Assembly: GCF_000009045.1 (NCBI RefSeq)
Contig: NC_000964.3
Location: forward strand, 990,001-1,022,000
Reading direction: 5' to 3'
DNA: 32,000 nt
DNA from: Bacillus subtilis subsp. subtilis str. 168
GTDB taxonomy: Bacteria; Bacillota; Bacilli; Bacillales; Bacillaceae
The notes beneath the pieces were generated by a model, which saw only the letters and a program-made list of their open reading frames with translations, made no database searches and was not told the origin of the DNA. Numbering within the stretch: the stretch's first letter is position 1; each line of letters begins with the position of its first letter. The position numbers and the translations under genes are program-made. This document shows, one piece after another, positions 21,227-30,072 of the stretch.

Positions 21227-21426
21227 GAATCGCTTCTCCTTTCTTGGGTGAGAAGTTCATGATTAGTTTATGCCGCATCCTCTGTTATTGACGGGGCAAA
21301 ACTTGCCGTCTGCGTCAGTAAAGGGGTAGCAATATGAGGGAGACATAAAATCAAAATGCCTGAATGAAGATATCGCTTTTGGTAAACCTATGAGGGAATA
21401 TATTCTGGGTACAGGAGACTGAAAAA

Positions 21427-21750
21427 ATGAAATCCCTGCCGTATACCATCGCACTTCTTTTTTGCGGATTGATTATCGTGTCAATGGCTGCAAAAGGTCA
21501 TTCAACGGACACAGACGAGTCCGTTCAAAAGTGGGAACAGCTTGCCTGGAGCAAAATTCAGGATGAATATAAGGGCGCTTCATTTTCTGATTATGCTTAT
21601 ATGGGGCGTACAGAGGTGAATGATCAGCAGACTAAAGATGTCTTTCGGGTGACAGTCAGACAGAAAGATGACACTTTTTCTGTTCGGGCCGAAGTCTATT
21701 TTCATCCGGTGACAAATCATATGATCAGCATCAACGTCTTTAGGCTCTAA
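21427..21750 (+). CDS. yhdC: Small secreted or membrane-anchored protein of unknown function
   Basis: 107 aa, N-terminal signal/anchor ([24 protein letters not shown]), GGAG RBS region. Confidence 0.82.
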
Positions 21751-21751
21751 T

Positions 21752-21793
21752 AAAAAACTGTACAGCCGTTAAGGCCGCACAGTTTCTGTTTTT
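21752..21793. terminator. Bidirectional terminator between yhdC and lytF
   Basis: AAAAAACTGT...GCC-gttaa-GGC...ACAGTTTCTGTTTTT. Confidence 0.65.
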
Positions 21794-23258
21794 AGAAATA
21801 TCGTTTTGCACCGAGATAGCGCTGTTTCCAGTAAGAGTTGTTCATATTGGAAATGACAACTCCGGAATCGTTGGCATTTATGAATTCCCCGTTGCCTAGG
21901 TAAATTCCGACGTGGGAAGGGCCGGCTTTATATGTTGAAAAGAAAACGAAATCTCCGACAGCAGGCTGGCTAACTGATTTCATTGTGTTCCAATATCCCG
22001 CTGCCGTTAATCTAGATACGGATGTGACTTTGTTCAGTACATAGTAAATGAATCCGCTGCAGTCAAACCCGGACGGTGTCGTGCCTCCCCAGCGATACGG
22101 AACCCCAAGCTGCGCTTTAGCGGCCGAAATCATTGTGTTAATCTTCGCACTCGTTGAGCTGGTGGTGTTTGAAGAACCGGATGAAGACGATGATGAAGCT
22201 TTTCCGGAAATGACCAGCTTTTGGCCAACCTGCAAGACATCCGTTTTTAAATTGTTTTTCTCACGAATCTGCTGAGCTGTTACATTAAATTTTTGAGCAA
22301 TCACCCATAAGGAATCACCGCTTTTCACCGTGTATGTAGTCGTCGTGCCGGAGCTTGCATTTGACGAAGAAGACGACGATGATGAAGAGCCTGAAGATGC
22401 TTTACCTGTCAGCTTCAATACTTGTCCAACGTAAAGCACATCTGATTTCAGATTGTTGATATTTCGGATTTGCTGTACAGTCAGGTTATAGTTGTTTGCG
22501 ATTTTCCAAAGTGAATCACCGCTTTTAACGGTATATTTAGTTGTTGCTGAAGTTTGGTTCGATTTGGATGAATTGTCTTTAGAAGACGTATCAGAGCCGC
22601 TTGATTTTGTTTTCAACACCTGATTCACGTAAATGGTGTCTGATTTTAAGTTGTTCAAGACCTTCAATTCAGCGATGGACATATTGACTTTGTTTGCAAT
22701 TTTCCAAAGTGAATCTCCAAGCTGCACCTTATATGTTCCCGTAGAAGATGAAGAACTTGAACTCTTATTAGAACTGCTTTTTGAACTGGAGCTTGAACTC
22801 TTATTAGAGTTGCTTTTTTTACTGGAACTAGAGCTTGAAGAAACAGTACCGGACACCTTTAATTTCTGCCCAGCACGAATTAAATCGCTGCTTAGTCCGT
22901 TTAATTTTTTCAGTTCCTGCACCGTCATTTTAAACTCATTTGCGATCAGCCAAAGTGAATCTCCGCTTTTCACTGTGTAAACAGAACTTCCGCTCTTCTT
23001 GGTTGTTGAGCTTGAAGTAGATGAAGAAGTGCTGGATTTGCTGCCTGGAATAGTAAGCGTCTGGCCGATCGACAGAACAGTAGTCGAAAGATGATTGGCG
23101 GATGTGAGGGCCGCCACACTTGTGTTATAGGTTTGGGCCAGTTTCCATAAAGAATCTCCGCTTTTGACCTTAATCGTTGCTGCTTCAGCTGGTGTCACTA
23201 CTAAAGTTGTGCCGACAATCGCAGATGCTGTCAGCCCTGCTGCTAATTTCTTTTTCAT
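21792..23258 (-). CDS. lytF: Gamma-D-glutamate-meso-DAP endopeptidase, five LysM repeats + NlpC/P60
   Basis: Signal peptide ([27 protein letters not shown]), five LysM ([14 protein letters not shown] ... [14 protein letters not shown]), Ser-rich linkers, NlpC/P60 ([19 protein letters not shown]...[18 protein letters not shown]). Confidence 0.96.
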   Translation of the reverse strand: MKKKLAAGLTASAIVGTTLVVTPAEAATIKVKSGDSLWKLAQTYNTSVAALTSANHLSTTVLSIGQTLTIPGSKSSTSSSTSSSTTKKSGSSVYTVKSGDSLWLIANEFKMTVQELKKLNGLSSDLIRAGQKLKVSGTVSSSSSSSKKSNSNKSSSSSSKSSSNKSSSSSSSTGTYKVQLGDSLWKIANKVNMSIAELKVLNNLKSDTIYVNQVLKTKSSGSDTSSKDNSSKSNQTSATTKYTVKSGDSLWKIANNYNLTVQQIRNINNLKSDVLYVGQVLKLTGKASSGSSSSSSSSSNASSGTTTTYTVKSGDSLWVIAQKFNVTAQQIREKNNLKTDVLQVGQKLVISGKASSSSSSGSSNTTSSTSAKINTMISAAKAQLGVPYRWGGTTPSGFDCSGFIYYVLNKVTSVSRLTAAGYWNTMKSVSQPAVGDFVFFSTYKAGPSHVGIYLGNGEFINANDSGVVISNMNNSYWKQRYLGAKRYF

Positions 23259-23308
23259 CTTAGCTCTCCTTTTTCCCCCAATGATTTTGCATTTGCTGTT
23301 TCTTTTTT

Positions 23309-23335
23309 ATATCGGCACATTTGTCTCATCGTTTT
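23309..23335 (-). promoter_or_regulatory. Candidate sigma-D promoter for lytF
   Basis: On the minus strand: AAAA - 15 nt - GCCGATAT (complement of atatcggc 23309-23316), matching sigma-D TAAA-N15-GCCGATAT in all but one base. Confidence 0.8.
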
Positions 23336-23388
23336 GCCTTTTTATAAAAATAGCCAAATTATCTTAACAATAAGGGGGAAAAAGGGCA

Positions 23389-23420
23389 TAAAAAAAGAAG
23401 GAATCTTAATCTATTCCTTC
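23389..23420 (-). terminator. Terminator overlapping the 3' end of nsrR
   Basis: GAAGGAAT (23397-23404) / ATTCCTTC (23413-23420) stem; on the minus strand followed by CTTTTTTATG. Confidence 0.7.
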
Positions 23421-23851
23421 ATTTTTAAAAGCTTCATGATATCTTCTTTGTTTTTGACGAGGTCGCGCAGTGTGTATTTGTCTAAAACTGCGAGGTAGGC
23501 TAAAAGCGCTTCATTCAGCACATGTTTTAAGCCGCAAACCGGGGAAATAACACAGAGATTCTTGTTCGCATCAAAACATTCAACAATATTAAAATCGTCC
23601 TCCGTTTTTCTGACAACCTCACCGATGTTGATGTCTTCAGGGTCCATGCCTAATCGTATGCCGCCGCCCCGTCCGCGTATCGTTTCTACGTAGCCGAGCT
23701 GGCCGAGCCTGTATATGACTTTCATGAGATGATTTTTTGAAATAGAATACGTTTCGGCAATCTGTTTTATATTTGAAAGTTCTCCGGGACGCTCTGCAGC
23801 CAGAAAAATCAACACTCTTAATGAATAATCTGTATAATTGGTTAACTTCAT
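23411..23851 (-). CDS. nsrR: Rrf2-family Fe-S transcriptional repressor NsrR (nitric oxide responsive)
   Basis: 146 aa; MKLTNYTDYSLRVLIFLA N-terminus and three-Cys cluster C-FDANKNL-C-VISPV-C. Confidence 0.94.
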   Translation of the reverse strand: MKLTNYTDYSLRVLIFLAAERPGELSNIKQIAETYSISKNHLMKVIYRLGQLGYVETIRGRGGGIRLGMDPEDINIGEVVRKTEDDFNIVECFDANKNLCVISPVCGLKHVLNEALLAYLAVLDKYTLRDLVKNKEDIMKLLKMKE

Positions 23852-23921
23852 AATAAGACCTCAGAATAAGACATTTTCTATATCTTATCATAATCGATTG
23901 AAAAATGAAAAAAAAGGAATT

Positions 23922-23955
23922 AAAAAACATGCACCCAGCTGGGTGCATGTTTTTT
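23922..23955. terminator. Bidirectional-type terminator / 34-bp perfect palindrome after ygxB
   Basis: AAAAAACATGCACCCAG|CTGGGTGCATGTTTTTT, 17 + 17 bp perfect match, flanked by A and T tracts. Confidence 0.85.
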
Positions 23956-23957
23956 GC

Positions 23958-25484
23958 TTACATGTCATTCGGCGGATTTTGGTTTTTACGGTTTTTTTCG
24001 ATTTCTGTGTTTTGCATTTTGCGTTCAAATGTAGACAGATAACGTGATGCAAAATCCTTACCGCCAAGGCCGAAGGATAAACCAAAAGCAAGTGCGAAGC
24101 CGCTAAGAACGATGATGAACGCGGAATTGACGATTGTCGCAGCGACACCCAGCTGATCCAGGGCCATAAAGAAAGCAAGTGCGATAATCGTATATTTAGC
24201 AATAGGCGCTAAAGACTTGAATTCCTGACCTTTTATCATGCTTGCGAGCACTTTTCTCACCAATTCTCCTGCGTAAAGGCCGAGTCCGAGAATGAATACT
24301 GCGACAAGGACATTCGGCAGATACGCGATGATGCCGGTGGCAATTTCTACGAGGAAGTGCAGCCGAACAATTTGAAGCGCCTCAGCTGTAAAGAGCAGAA
24401 TGACAATGATTTGCGCAATCATACCGACAACTTGAGACAAGGACAGCTTTGCAGGCGTTCCGGCTTCCATGCCCATTTTCCCTAAGACAGAATCAAAGCC
24501 TGCGCGATGGAGCAGTCCGGACACCATGGATTTCACCCATTTTCCTGCCCAGATACCCGCTAATACAAGCACGATGGCAATCATGATGTTCGGAAGCATG
24601 TTTAAAATCGTATTCAGCATAGAGACAGCTGGTTTTGAAATGCCGGCGACATCCAGCTGATCAAGCGCTGAAATGACCACCGGAATCATAATGAGCACAT
24701 AAGCGATTGTTCCGATGACTGCTGAAAGGCTTGTGTCTTTTAAGTAAATTGATAAACCCATACGTGCCGCGAATCTTTCGGTGCCGATGCTTGCAAGGAA
24801 ATTCGTAATGATATCACGGACAAGGCGGGCAACAAGCCATCCGATTAATACGATAAGCGCCGCTGCAAATAATTTCGGCAGAAAAGCGAGCACGCTTTCC
24901 ATCATATTTGTAAAAGGACCTGAAATGCCGCTGATTTTCAAAGAAGATAAGACCCCTGGCAGAAAAACAAGCAGCACGAGATAAAAGACAATTTGTGAAG
25001 CGGTATTGACAGCCTGGTGAATATCTTTTCCTTCAGACACCAAATTCCACTTGCGCAGTTTGTCACTCGTGTTCAGCTTCATCCCGATTTTTTTGACAAG
25101 GAAGCTCAAAACAGAAGCTGCAGCCCATCCTAACAGCAGAATGAGTCCGGCTTTCAGCACGCTTGGGATCGCAGCTGCAATCGCCGAAAGCATACTGACA
25201 AACGGCGATGCCACTGTTGTCAGGTGCAAAATGTTAAAGAATAAAATAAAGACGATGATCAGTGCGATAAAATAAACGACCTTGCTTATGACTTTTTCCG
25301 AGGAATAGCGTGAAGGCTTTTTCCCAGCAAAGAGCTTGTCGTCGATTTTTGTTTTGCTGAGTCCTTTGTATACCGCTTTTTCAATGATTTTAGCAATAGC
25401 CCAGCCGATTAATAAGACGAGTAAAGCAATGATTACGTTTGGCAGCTTACTGAGATAAGAAGAAAACACGTCTGCTACATTCAA
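23958..25484 (-). CDS. ygxB: Integral membrane protein with repeated mechanosensitive-channel-type TM helices (small-conductance MS channel-like)
   Basis: Repeated LPNVIIALLVLLIGWAIAKII / LPKLFAAALIVLIGWLVARLV / LPNVLVAVFILGLGLYAGELV units. TTG at 25482-25484 preceded by AAAAAGGAGCG is preferred over the tracked 25631 start. Symbol from recalled neighbourhood. Confidence 0.82.
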   Translation of the reverse strand: MNVADVFSSYLSKLPNVIIALLVLLIGWAIAKIIEKAVYKGLSKTKIDDKLFAGKKPSRYSSEKVISKVVYFIALIIVFILFFNILHLTTVASPFVSMLSAIAAAIPSVLKAGLILLLGWAAASVLSFLVKKIGMKLNTSDKLRKWNLVSEGKDIHQAVNTASQIVFYLVLLVFLPGVLSSLKISGISGPFTNMMESVLAFLPKLFAAALIVLIGWLVARLVRDIITNFLASIGTERFAARMGLSIYLKDTSLSAVIGTIAYVLIMIPVVISALDQLDVAGISKPAVSMLNTILNMLPNIMIAIVLVLAGIWAGKWVKSMVSGLLHRAGFDSVLGKMGMEAGTPAKLSLSQVVGMIAQIIVILLFTAEALQIVRLHFLVEIATGIIAYLPNVLVAVFILGLGLYAGELVRKVLASMIKGQEFKSLAPIAKYTIIALAFFMALDQLGVAATIVNSAFIIVLSGFALAFGLSFGLGGKDFASRYLSTFERKMQNTEIEKNRKNQNPPNDM

Positions 25485-25609
25485 TTGGTATCGCTCCTTT
25501 TTCGTAGTATGGTGTGTGTTTACCCACTTATCCAATAAGCAAACAGATGAATGTGCCGGGGGAATTTTTTCTTGCCCGAGTGAGACTATCATCTTTTGTC
25601 TGGCGGGCT

Positions 25610-25617
25610 CATACATT
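25610..25617 (+). promoter_or_regulatory. Candidate sigma-E -10 element for spoVR
   Basis: CATACATT resembles the mother-cell sigma-E -10 (CATACANT), 30 nt before the spoVR start; -35 not clear. Confidence 0.4.
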
Positions 25618-25646
25618 ATAGATAAGTCCAAGTAGGGGGGATTCGG

Positions 25647-27053
25647 TTGAACGCGGAGGAGAAGAAGGGATTACAGCGGGCAATTGAGGAAATTACCGAA
25701 ATTGCAAAAGGATTCGGCCTTGATTTCTACCCGATGAGATATGAAATCTGCCCGGCTGAAATTATTTATACATTTGGCGCGTACGGGATGCCGACAAGAT
25801 TCAGCCACTGGAGCTTCGGCAAGCAGTTTCACAAGATGAAGCTGCACTATGATCTAGGGTTAAGTAAGATCTATGAGCTGGTCATTAACTCAGATCCATG
25901 CTACGCTTTTTTGCTGGACAGCAACTCACTGATCCAAAATAAATTGATTGTCGCACACGTTCTTGCTCATTGCGATTTCTTCAAAAACAACTGCCGTTTC
26001 CAAAACACGAAGCGCGATATGGTGGAAAGCATGGCGGCAACAGCTGAACGGATAAAACACTATGAACAGGTTCACGGGATAAAAGAAGTCGAATCTTTTT
26101 TAGATGCAATCCTTTCGATTCAGGAGCATATCGATCCGTCGTTGGTCCGACCAAAGCTCCAATGGAGTGTGGATGATGAGGAAGAGGAGATTGAAGAGGC
26201 AGCCACGCCTTACGATGATCTATGGTCTTTAGATGAAAAGAAACCGAAAAAACAAGTGAAAAAATCGAAAAAACCGTTCCCGCCGCGGCCTGAAAAAGAT
26301 ATCCTGCTTTTTATCGAGGAGCATTCCCGGGAGCTGGAGCCATGGCAGCGTGATATATTAACGATGATGAGAGAGGAAATGCTTTATTTCTGGCCTCAGC
26401 TGGAAACCAAGATTATGAATGAGGGCTGGGCTTCCTATTGGCACCAGAGAATTATACGTGAGCTTGATTTAACCTCTGATGAAGCGATCGAGTTCGCCAA
26501 GCTGAATGCAGGTGTCGTTCAGCCGTCCAAAACAGGCATTAATCCTTATTATTTAGGGCTGAAAATATTTGAAGACATTGAAAAGAGGTACAACAACCCG
26601 ACGGAGGAAATGAAGAAAATGGGCGTGCAGCCTGACTCCGGCCGGGAGAAAATGTTTGAGGTCAGGGAGATTGAATCCGATATCTCTTTCATCCGCAATT
26701 ATTTAACCAAAGAATTAGTCATGCGCGAGGATCTTTATTTGTTTCAAAAACAGGGCCGAGATTATAAAATCATCGATAAACAGTGGAAGTCGGTGCGCGA
26801 CCAGCTCGTAAGCATGCGGGTAAATGGCGGTTTTCCATATTTGACAGTAAACGACGGCGATTATATGAAAAATAACGAACTCTATATTAAGCATTGGTAT
26901 GAGGGCATAGAGTTGGATTTGAAATATTTGGAGAAAGTGCTTCCTTATTTATTCCAGCTTTGGGGAAGAAGCGTGCACATTGAGTCTGTGCTTGAGGATA
27001 AGGAAGTCATGTTTTCGTACGACGGAAAAGGTGTTCACCGCAGATATTTATAA
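25647..27053 (+). CDS. spoVR: Stage V sporulation protein R (SpoVR family)
   Basis: 468 aa; [40 protein letters not shown]-type [28 protein letters not shown] start with AGGGGGG RBS. Confidence 0.96.
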
Positions 27054-27086
27054 AAAAGAGGATGCAGCGTTCTGCATCCTTTTTAT
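27052..27086. terminator. Bidirectional terminator between spoVR and phoA
   Basis: AAAAAAGAGGATGCAG-cgtt-CTGCATCCTTTTTATT. Confidence 0.85.
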
Positions 27087-28468
27087 TTTCCAGTTTTTAA
27101 AATCTTAAATATGATGTTTGCCTGGTCCGTATTGTTAATCAATCCGCGGAATTTTTCTTTTCCGGGGCCGTACGCGTATACCGGTACTTCTTCGCCGGTA
27201 TGATCGGTACTCGTCCATCCGCTGTTGGAGCGGGTATTAAAAATCTTGATGATGGCTTTGGAGGCCCCTTTGCTTTTGTCAGCCTGTGCAGCTGCTTCAA
27301 CGCTTTTGATTTCTTCAGATGTGACTTTCAGATTGGCATAGCGGGCGAGCACATCTTTAACCGGCTTGCCTTCACTGATTTTTTTGGCCATGAATTCAGG
27401 TGTTTTCTTAGCGGAGAGAATCGGTTCTGCGTGCCAATTCTTTTCCCCGTTTGCGCCAATGGTAAAGCCGCCGGTTGTATGGTCAGCAGTTGCAATCACA
27501 AGTGTATGTTTGTCTTTTTTCGCAAATTCAATCGCGGCTTTATAGGCCTGTTCAAAATCTTTAACCTCGCTCATGGCTCCTACTGTATCATTGTCATGGG
27601 CCGCCCAGTCAATCTGGCTCCCTTCGACCATCAAGAAAAATCCTTTTTTATTTTGGTTCAGGCGATCAATTGCTGAAACCGTCATGTCTTTGAGAGACGG
27701 TGTTTTACTGTCACGGTCGAGCGCTTTAGCAAGCCCTCCATCTGCGAAAAGCCCGAGCACCTGCTGATCTTTATTTTTTTTCAATGCTTGTTTAGTTGTC
27801 ACATAGCTGTAGCCGGCTTGTTTGAATTCCTTTGTCAAGTTTCTGTCCTTGCGGTTAAAATAAGATTTTCCGCCGCCGAGCAGCACGTCTATTTTATGTT
27901 TGCCTTTTATCTTGTCATCCATATAGCTGTTGGCGATTTGGTCCATGTTTTTCCGTGATTCATTGTGGGCGCCATATGCGGCTGGAGTGGCGTGGTTAAT
28001 TTCAGACGTGGCGACAAGCCCTGTTGACTTGCCTTGCTGTTTGGCCTCTTCAAGTACAGATTTCACTTTTTTTCCGTTTTTATCGACGCCAATTGCATTG
28101 TTATATGTCTTAACGCCTGTCGCTAATGCTGTTCCGGCTGCTGCTGAATCTGTAATATTATAGTCAGGGTCATCCGGATGCGTCATCATCATGCCTGTCA
28201 GGTTCCGGTCAAATTCTGTTAACTTCGGGTTATTCGGTGTGTCACCGTTATTTTTCATGGAACGGTAGGCTCTTATGTAAGGCGTCCCCATGCCGTCGCC
28301 TATCATCACAATGACATTTCTGATCTCAGCTTTGTCTTGTTTTTTGGCGCTGGCCTTTTCTGTTTGCTGAAGCTCAGCTCCGGCAAAGATTCCAGCTGTA
28401 AGGACAGAAACAGCGGCGATTGGCAGAAGTTTTGATTTCATATTTTGAAACAAACTCATTTTTTTCAT
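27083..28468 (-). CDS. phoA: Secreted alkaline phosphatase A
   Basis: 461 aa; signal peptide, VIVMIGDGMG, DSAAAGTALATG, GSQIDWAAHDND, VIATADHTTGG. Confidence 0.94.
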   Translation of the reverse strand: MKKMSLFQNMKSKLLPIAAVSVLTAGIFAGAELQQTEKASAKKQDKAEIRNVIVMIGDGMGTPYIRAYRSMKNNGDTPNNPKLTEFDRNLTGMMMTHPDDPDYNITDSAAAGTALATGVKTYNNAIGVDKNGKKVKSVLEEAKQQGKSTGLVATSEINHATPAAYGAHNESRKNMDQIANSYMDDKIKGKHKIDVLLGGGKSYFNRKDRNLTKEFKQAGYSYVTTKQALKKNKDQQVLGLFADGGLAKALDRDSKTPSLKDMTVSAIDRLNQNKKGFFLMVEGSQIDWAAHDNDTVGAMSEVKDFEQAYKAAIEFAKKDKHTLVIATADHTTGGFTIGANGEKNWHAEPILSAKKTPEFMAKKISEGKPVKDVLARYANLKVTSEEIKSVEAAAQADKSKGASKAIIKIFNTRSNSGWTSTDHTGEEVPVYAYGPGKEKFRGLINNTDQANIIFKILKTGK

Positions 28469-28508
28469 GCCTCCTTTAATGTATTCCGTTTATCATGTTA
28501 GGGAAACT

Positions 28509-28548
28509 TTGTTAAATGCGGCTGTTGATCATGTAAACAATAAGTAAA
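28509..28548 (-). promoter_or_regulatory. Candidate PhoP-binding Pho box array upstream of phoA
   Basis: On the minus strand, TTTACT (28543-28548) and TTTACA (28532-28537) are 11 bp apart, with TTAACA (28510-28515) exactly 22 bp further and a degenerate intermediate repeat. Confidence 0.6.
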
Positions 28549-28923
28549 GCCTTGTAAGGAAATGAAAAAACGCTTTTCGTTATCTTGCCTTATTTGATGT
28601 AAAGCATTCATTTTTCAGAAAAATCTTTACCTCTCTGTCTTTGCATGATATGTTTGTTTAAATAAAAAAACTGCGGATAACCACAGCTCTCCTCGAATAT
28701 ACTTTATCACTCATTTTTCCGATATATGAGCCGACCCCGAAAGTTTTTCATTTATTTCCTTTATGTTGAAAAACATCCCATAAAACATGACAAAAGCACT
28801 CGTTTTTTGTCACCTTTGCAATGAAAATGAAATATTTAATACCCTTAAAAACTTTTTTTTAGAACGAATAATTAAGAAATTTGTCACATGAAGTCAAGAC
28901 TATTTCTGATGGGAATCTATCCT

Positions 28924-28929
28924 TATAAT
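28924..28929 (+). promoter_or_regulatory. Candidate lytE sigma-A -10
   Basis: TATAAT ~70 nt upstream of the lytE ATG; upstream -35 weak (activator-dependent promoter likely). Confidence 0.4.
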
Positions 28930-28997
28930 AGAAATCAATAAGATTAATTTAAAAAAAGAGATACATATATATAGAGTTAACATTTGGGGAGGAAAAT

Positions 28998-30002
28998 ATG
29001 AAAAAGCAAATCATTACAGCTACGACAGCAGTTGTTTTAGGATCGACGTTATTTGCAGGAGCGGCATCTGCACAAAGCATTAAGGTGAAAAAAGGCGACA
29101 CGTTATGGGATCTTTCAAGAAAATACGACACAACGATCAGTAAAATTAAATCAGAGAACCACCTTCGTTCAGACATTATTTATGTGGGACAAACTTTATC
29201 GATTAACGGCAAATCTACAAGTTCAAAAAGCAGCAGTTCTTCTTCCTCTTCTTCTACATACAAAGTAAAGAGCGGGGACAGCCTTTGGAAAATTTCAAAA
29301 AAATACGGCATGACAATCAATGAACTGAAGAAGCTGAATGGCTTAAAATCAGATTTGCTTCGTGTTGGACAAGTCCTGAAACTGAAAGGTTCAACTAGTT
29401 CAAGCAGCTCCAGCTCATCAAAAGTGTCATCGTCTTCAACTTCTACTTATAAAGTGAAGAGCGGAGACAGCCTTTCTAAAATTGCGAGCAAATACGGCAC
29501 TACGGTTAGCAAATTAAAAAGCTTAAACGGCTTAAAATCAGATGTAATCTATGTCAACCAAGTATTGAAGGTGAAAGGAACAAGCACAAGCAGCTCAAAA
29601 CCTGCTTCATCTTCATCGTCTTCAAGCAGCAAAACGTCATCTACATCACTTAATGTGAGCAAGCTGGTTTCTGATGCAAAAGCGTTAGTCGGAACGCCAT
29701 ATAAATGGGGCGGAACGACAACTTCAGGCTTTGACTGCAGCGGATTCATTTGGTACGTACTGAATAAACAAACAAGTGTGGGCAGAACAAGCACTGCAGG
29801 ATACTGGAGTTCTATGAAGAGCATTGCCAGCCCGTCTGTTGGTGATTTCGTCTTCTTCACAACATATAAATCCGGCCCTTCTCACATGGGGATTTACATT
29901 GGAAACAACAGTTTCATTCATGCAGGATCTGACGGCGTACAAATCAGCAGCCTGAACAACAGCTACTGGAAGCCTCGTTACCTCGGTGCGAAAAGATTCT
30001 AA
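28998..30002 (+). CDS. lytE: Cell wall DL-endopeptidase, three LysM repeats + NlpC/P60
   Basis: 334 aa; signal peptide, three LysM ([42 protein letters not shown]), NlpC/P60 with [19 protein letters not shown]; GGGGAGGAAA RBS. Confidence 0.96.
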   Translation: MKKQIITATTAVVLGSTLFAGAASAQSIKVKKGDTLWDLSRKYDTTISKIKSENHLRSDIIYVGQTLSINGKSTSSKSSSSSSSSSTYKVKSGDSLWKISKKYGMTINELKKLNGLKSDLLRVGQVLKLKGSTSSSSSSSSKVSSSSTSTYKVKSGDSLSKIASKYGTTVSKLKSLNGLKSDVIYVNQVLKVKGTSTSSSKPASSSSSSSSKTSSTSLNVSKLVSDAKALVGTPYKWGGTTTSGFDCSGFIWYVLNKQTSVGRTSTAGYWSSMKSIASPSVGDFVFFTTYKSGPSHMGIYIGNNSFIHAGSDGVQISSLNNSYWKPRYLGAKRF

Positions 30003-30010
30003 TTTTTAGA

Positions 30011-30040
30011 GAAAACCCGTTCATTGGAACGGGTTTTTTT
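30011..30040. terminator. Terminator between lytE and citR
   Basis: AAAACCCGTTC-attg-GAACGGGTTTTTTT. Confidence 0.9.
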
Positions 30041-30072
30041 CATTAGACGGAGCACAGGCGTTTTGGTTGCTC

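Noticed and set aside
22040-22990. Acidic Glu/Leu/Asp-rich ORFs opposite lytF (e.g. 22633..22980, [18 protein letters not shown])
   Set aside because: Reverse complement of the Ser-rich LysM linkers (TCT/TCA/AGC tracts), not a real acidic protein.
22140-23130. Spaced repetitive DNA in lytF considered as a CRISPR-like or satellite array
   Set aside because: The ~200-bp periodicity is explained by five LysM domains with Ser-rich linkers; the repeats are diverged and in frame.
28949-29176. Minus-strand 75-aa ORF over the lytE start
   Set aside because: Antisense to the lytE signal peptide and first LysM; no RBS.
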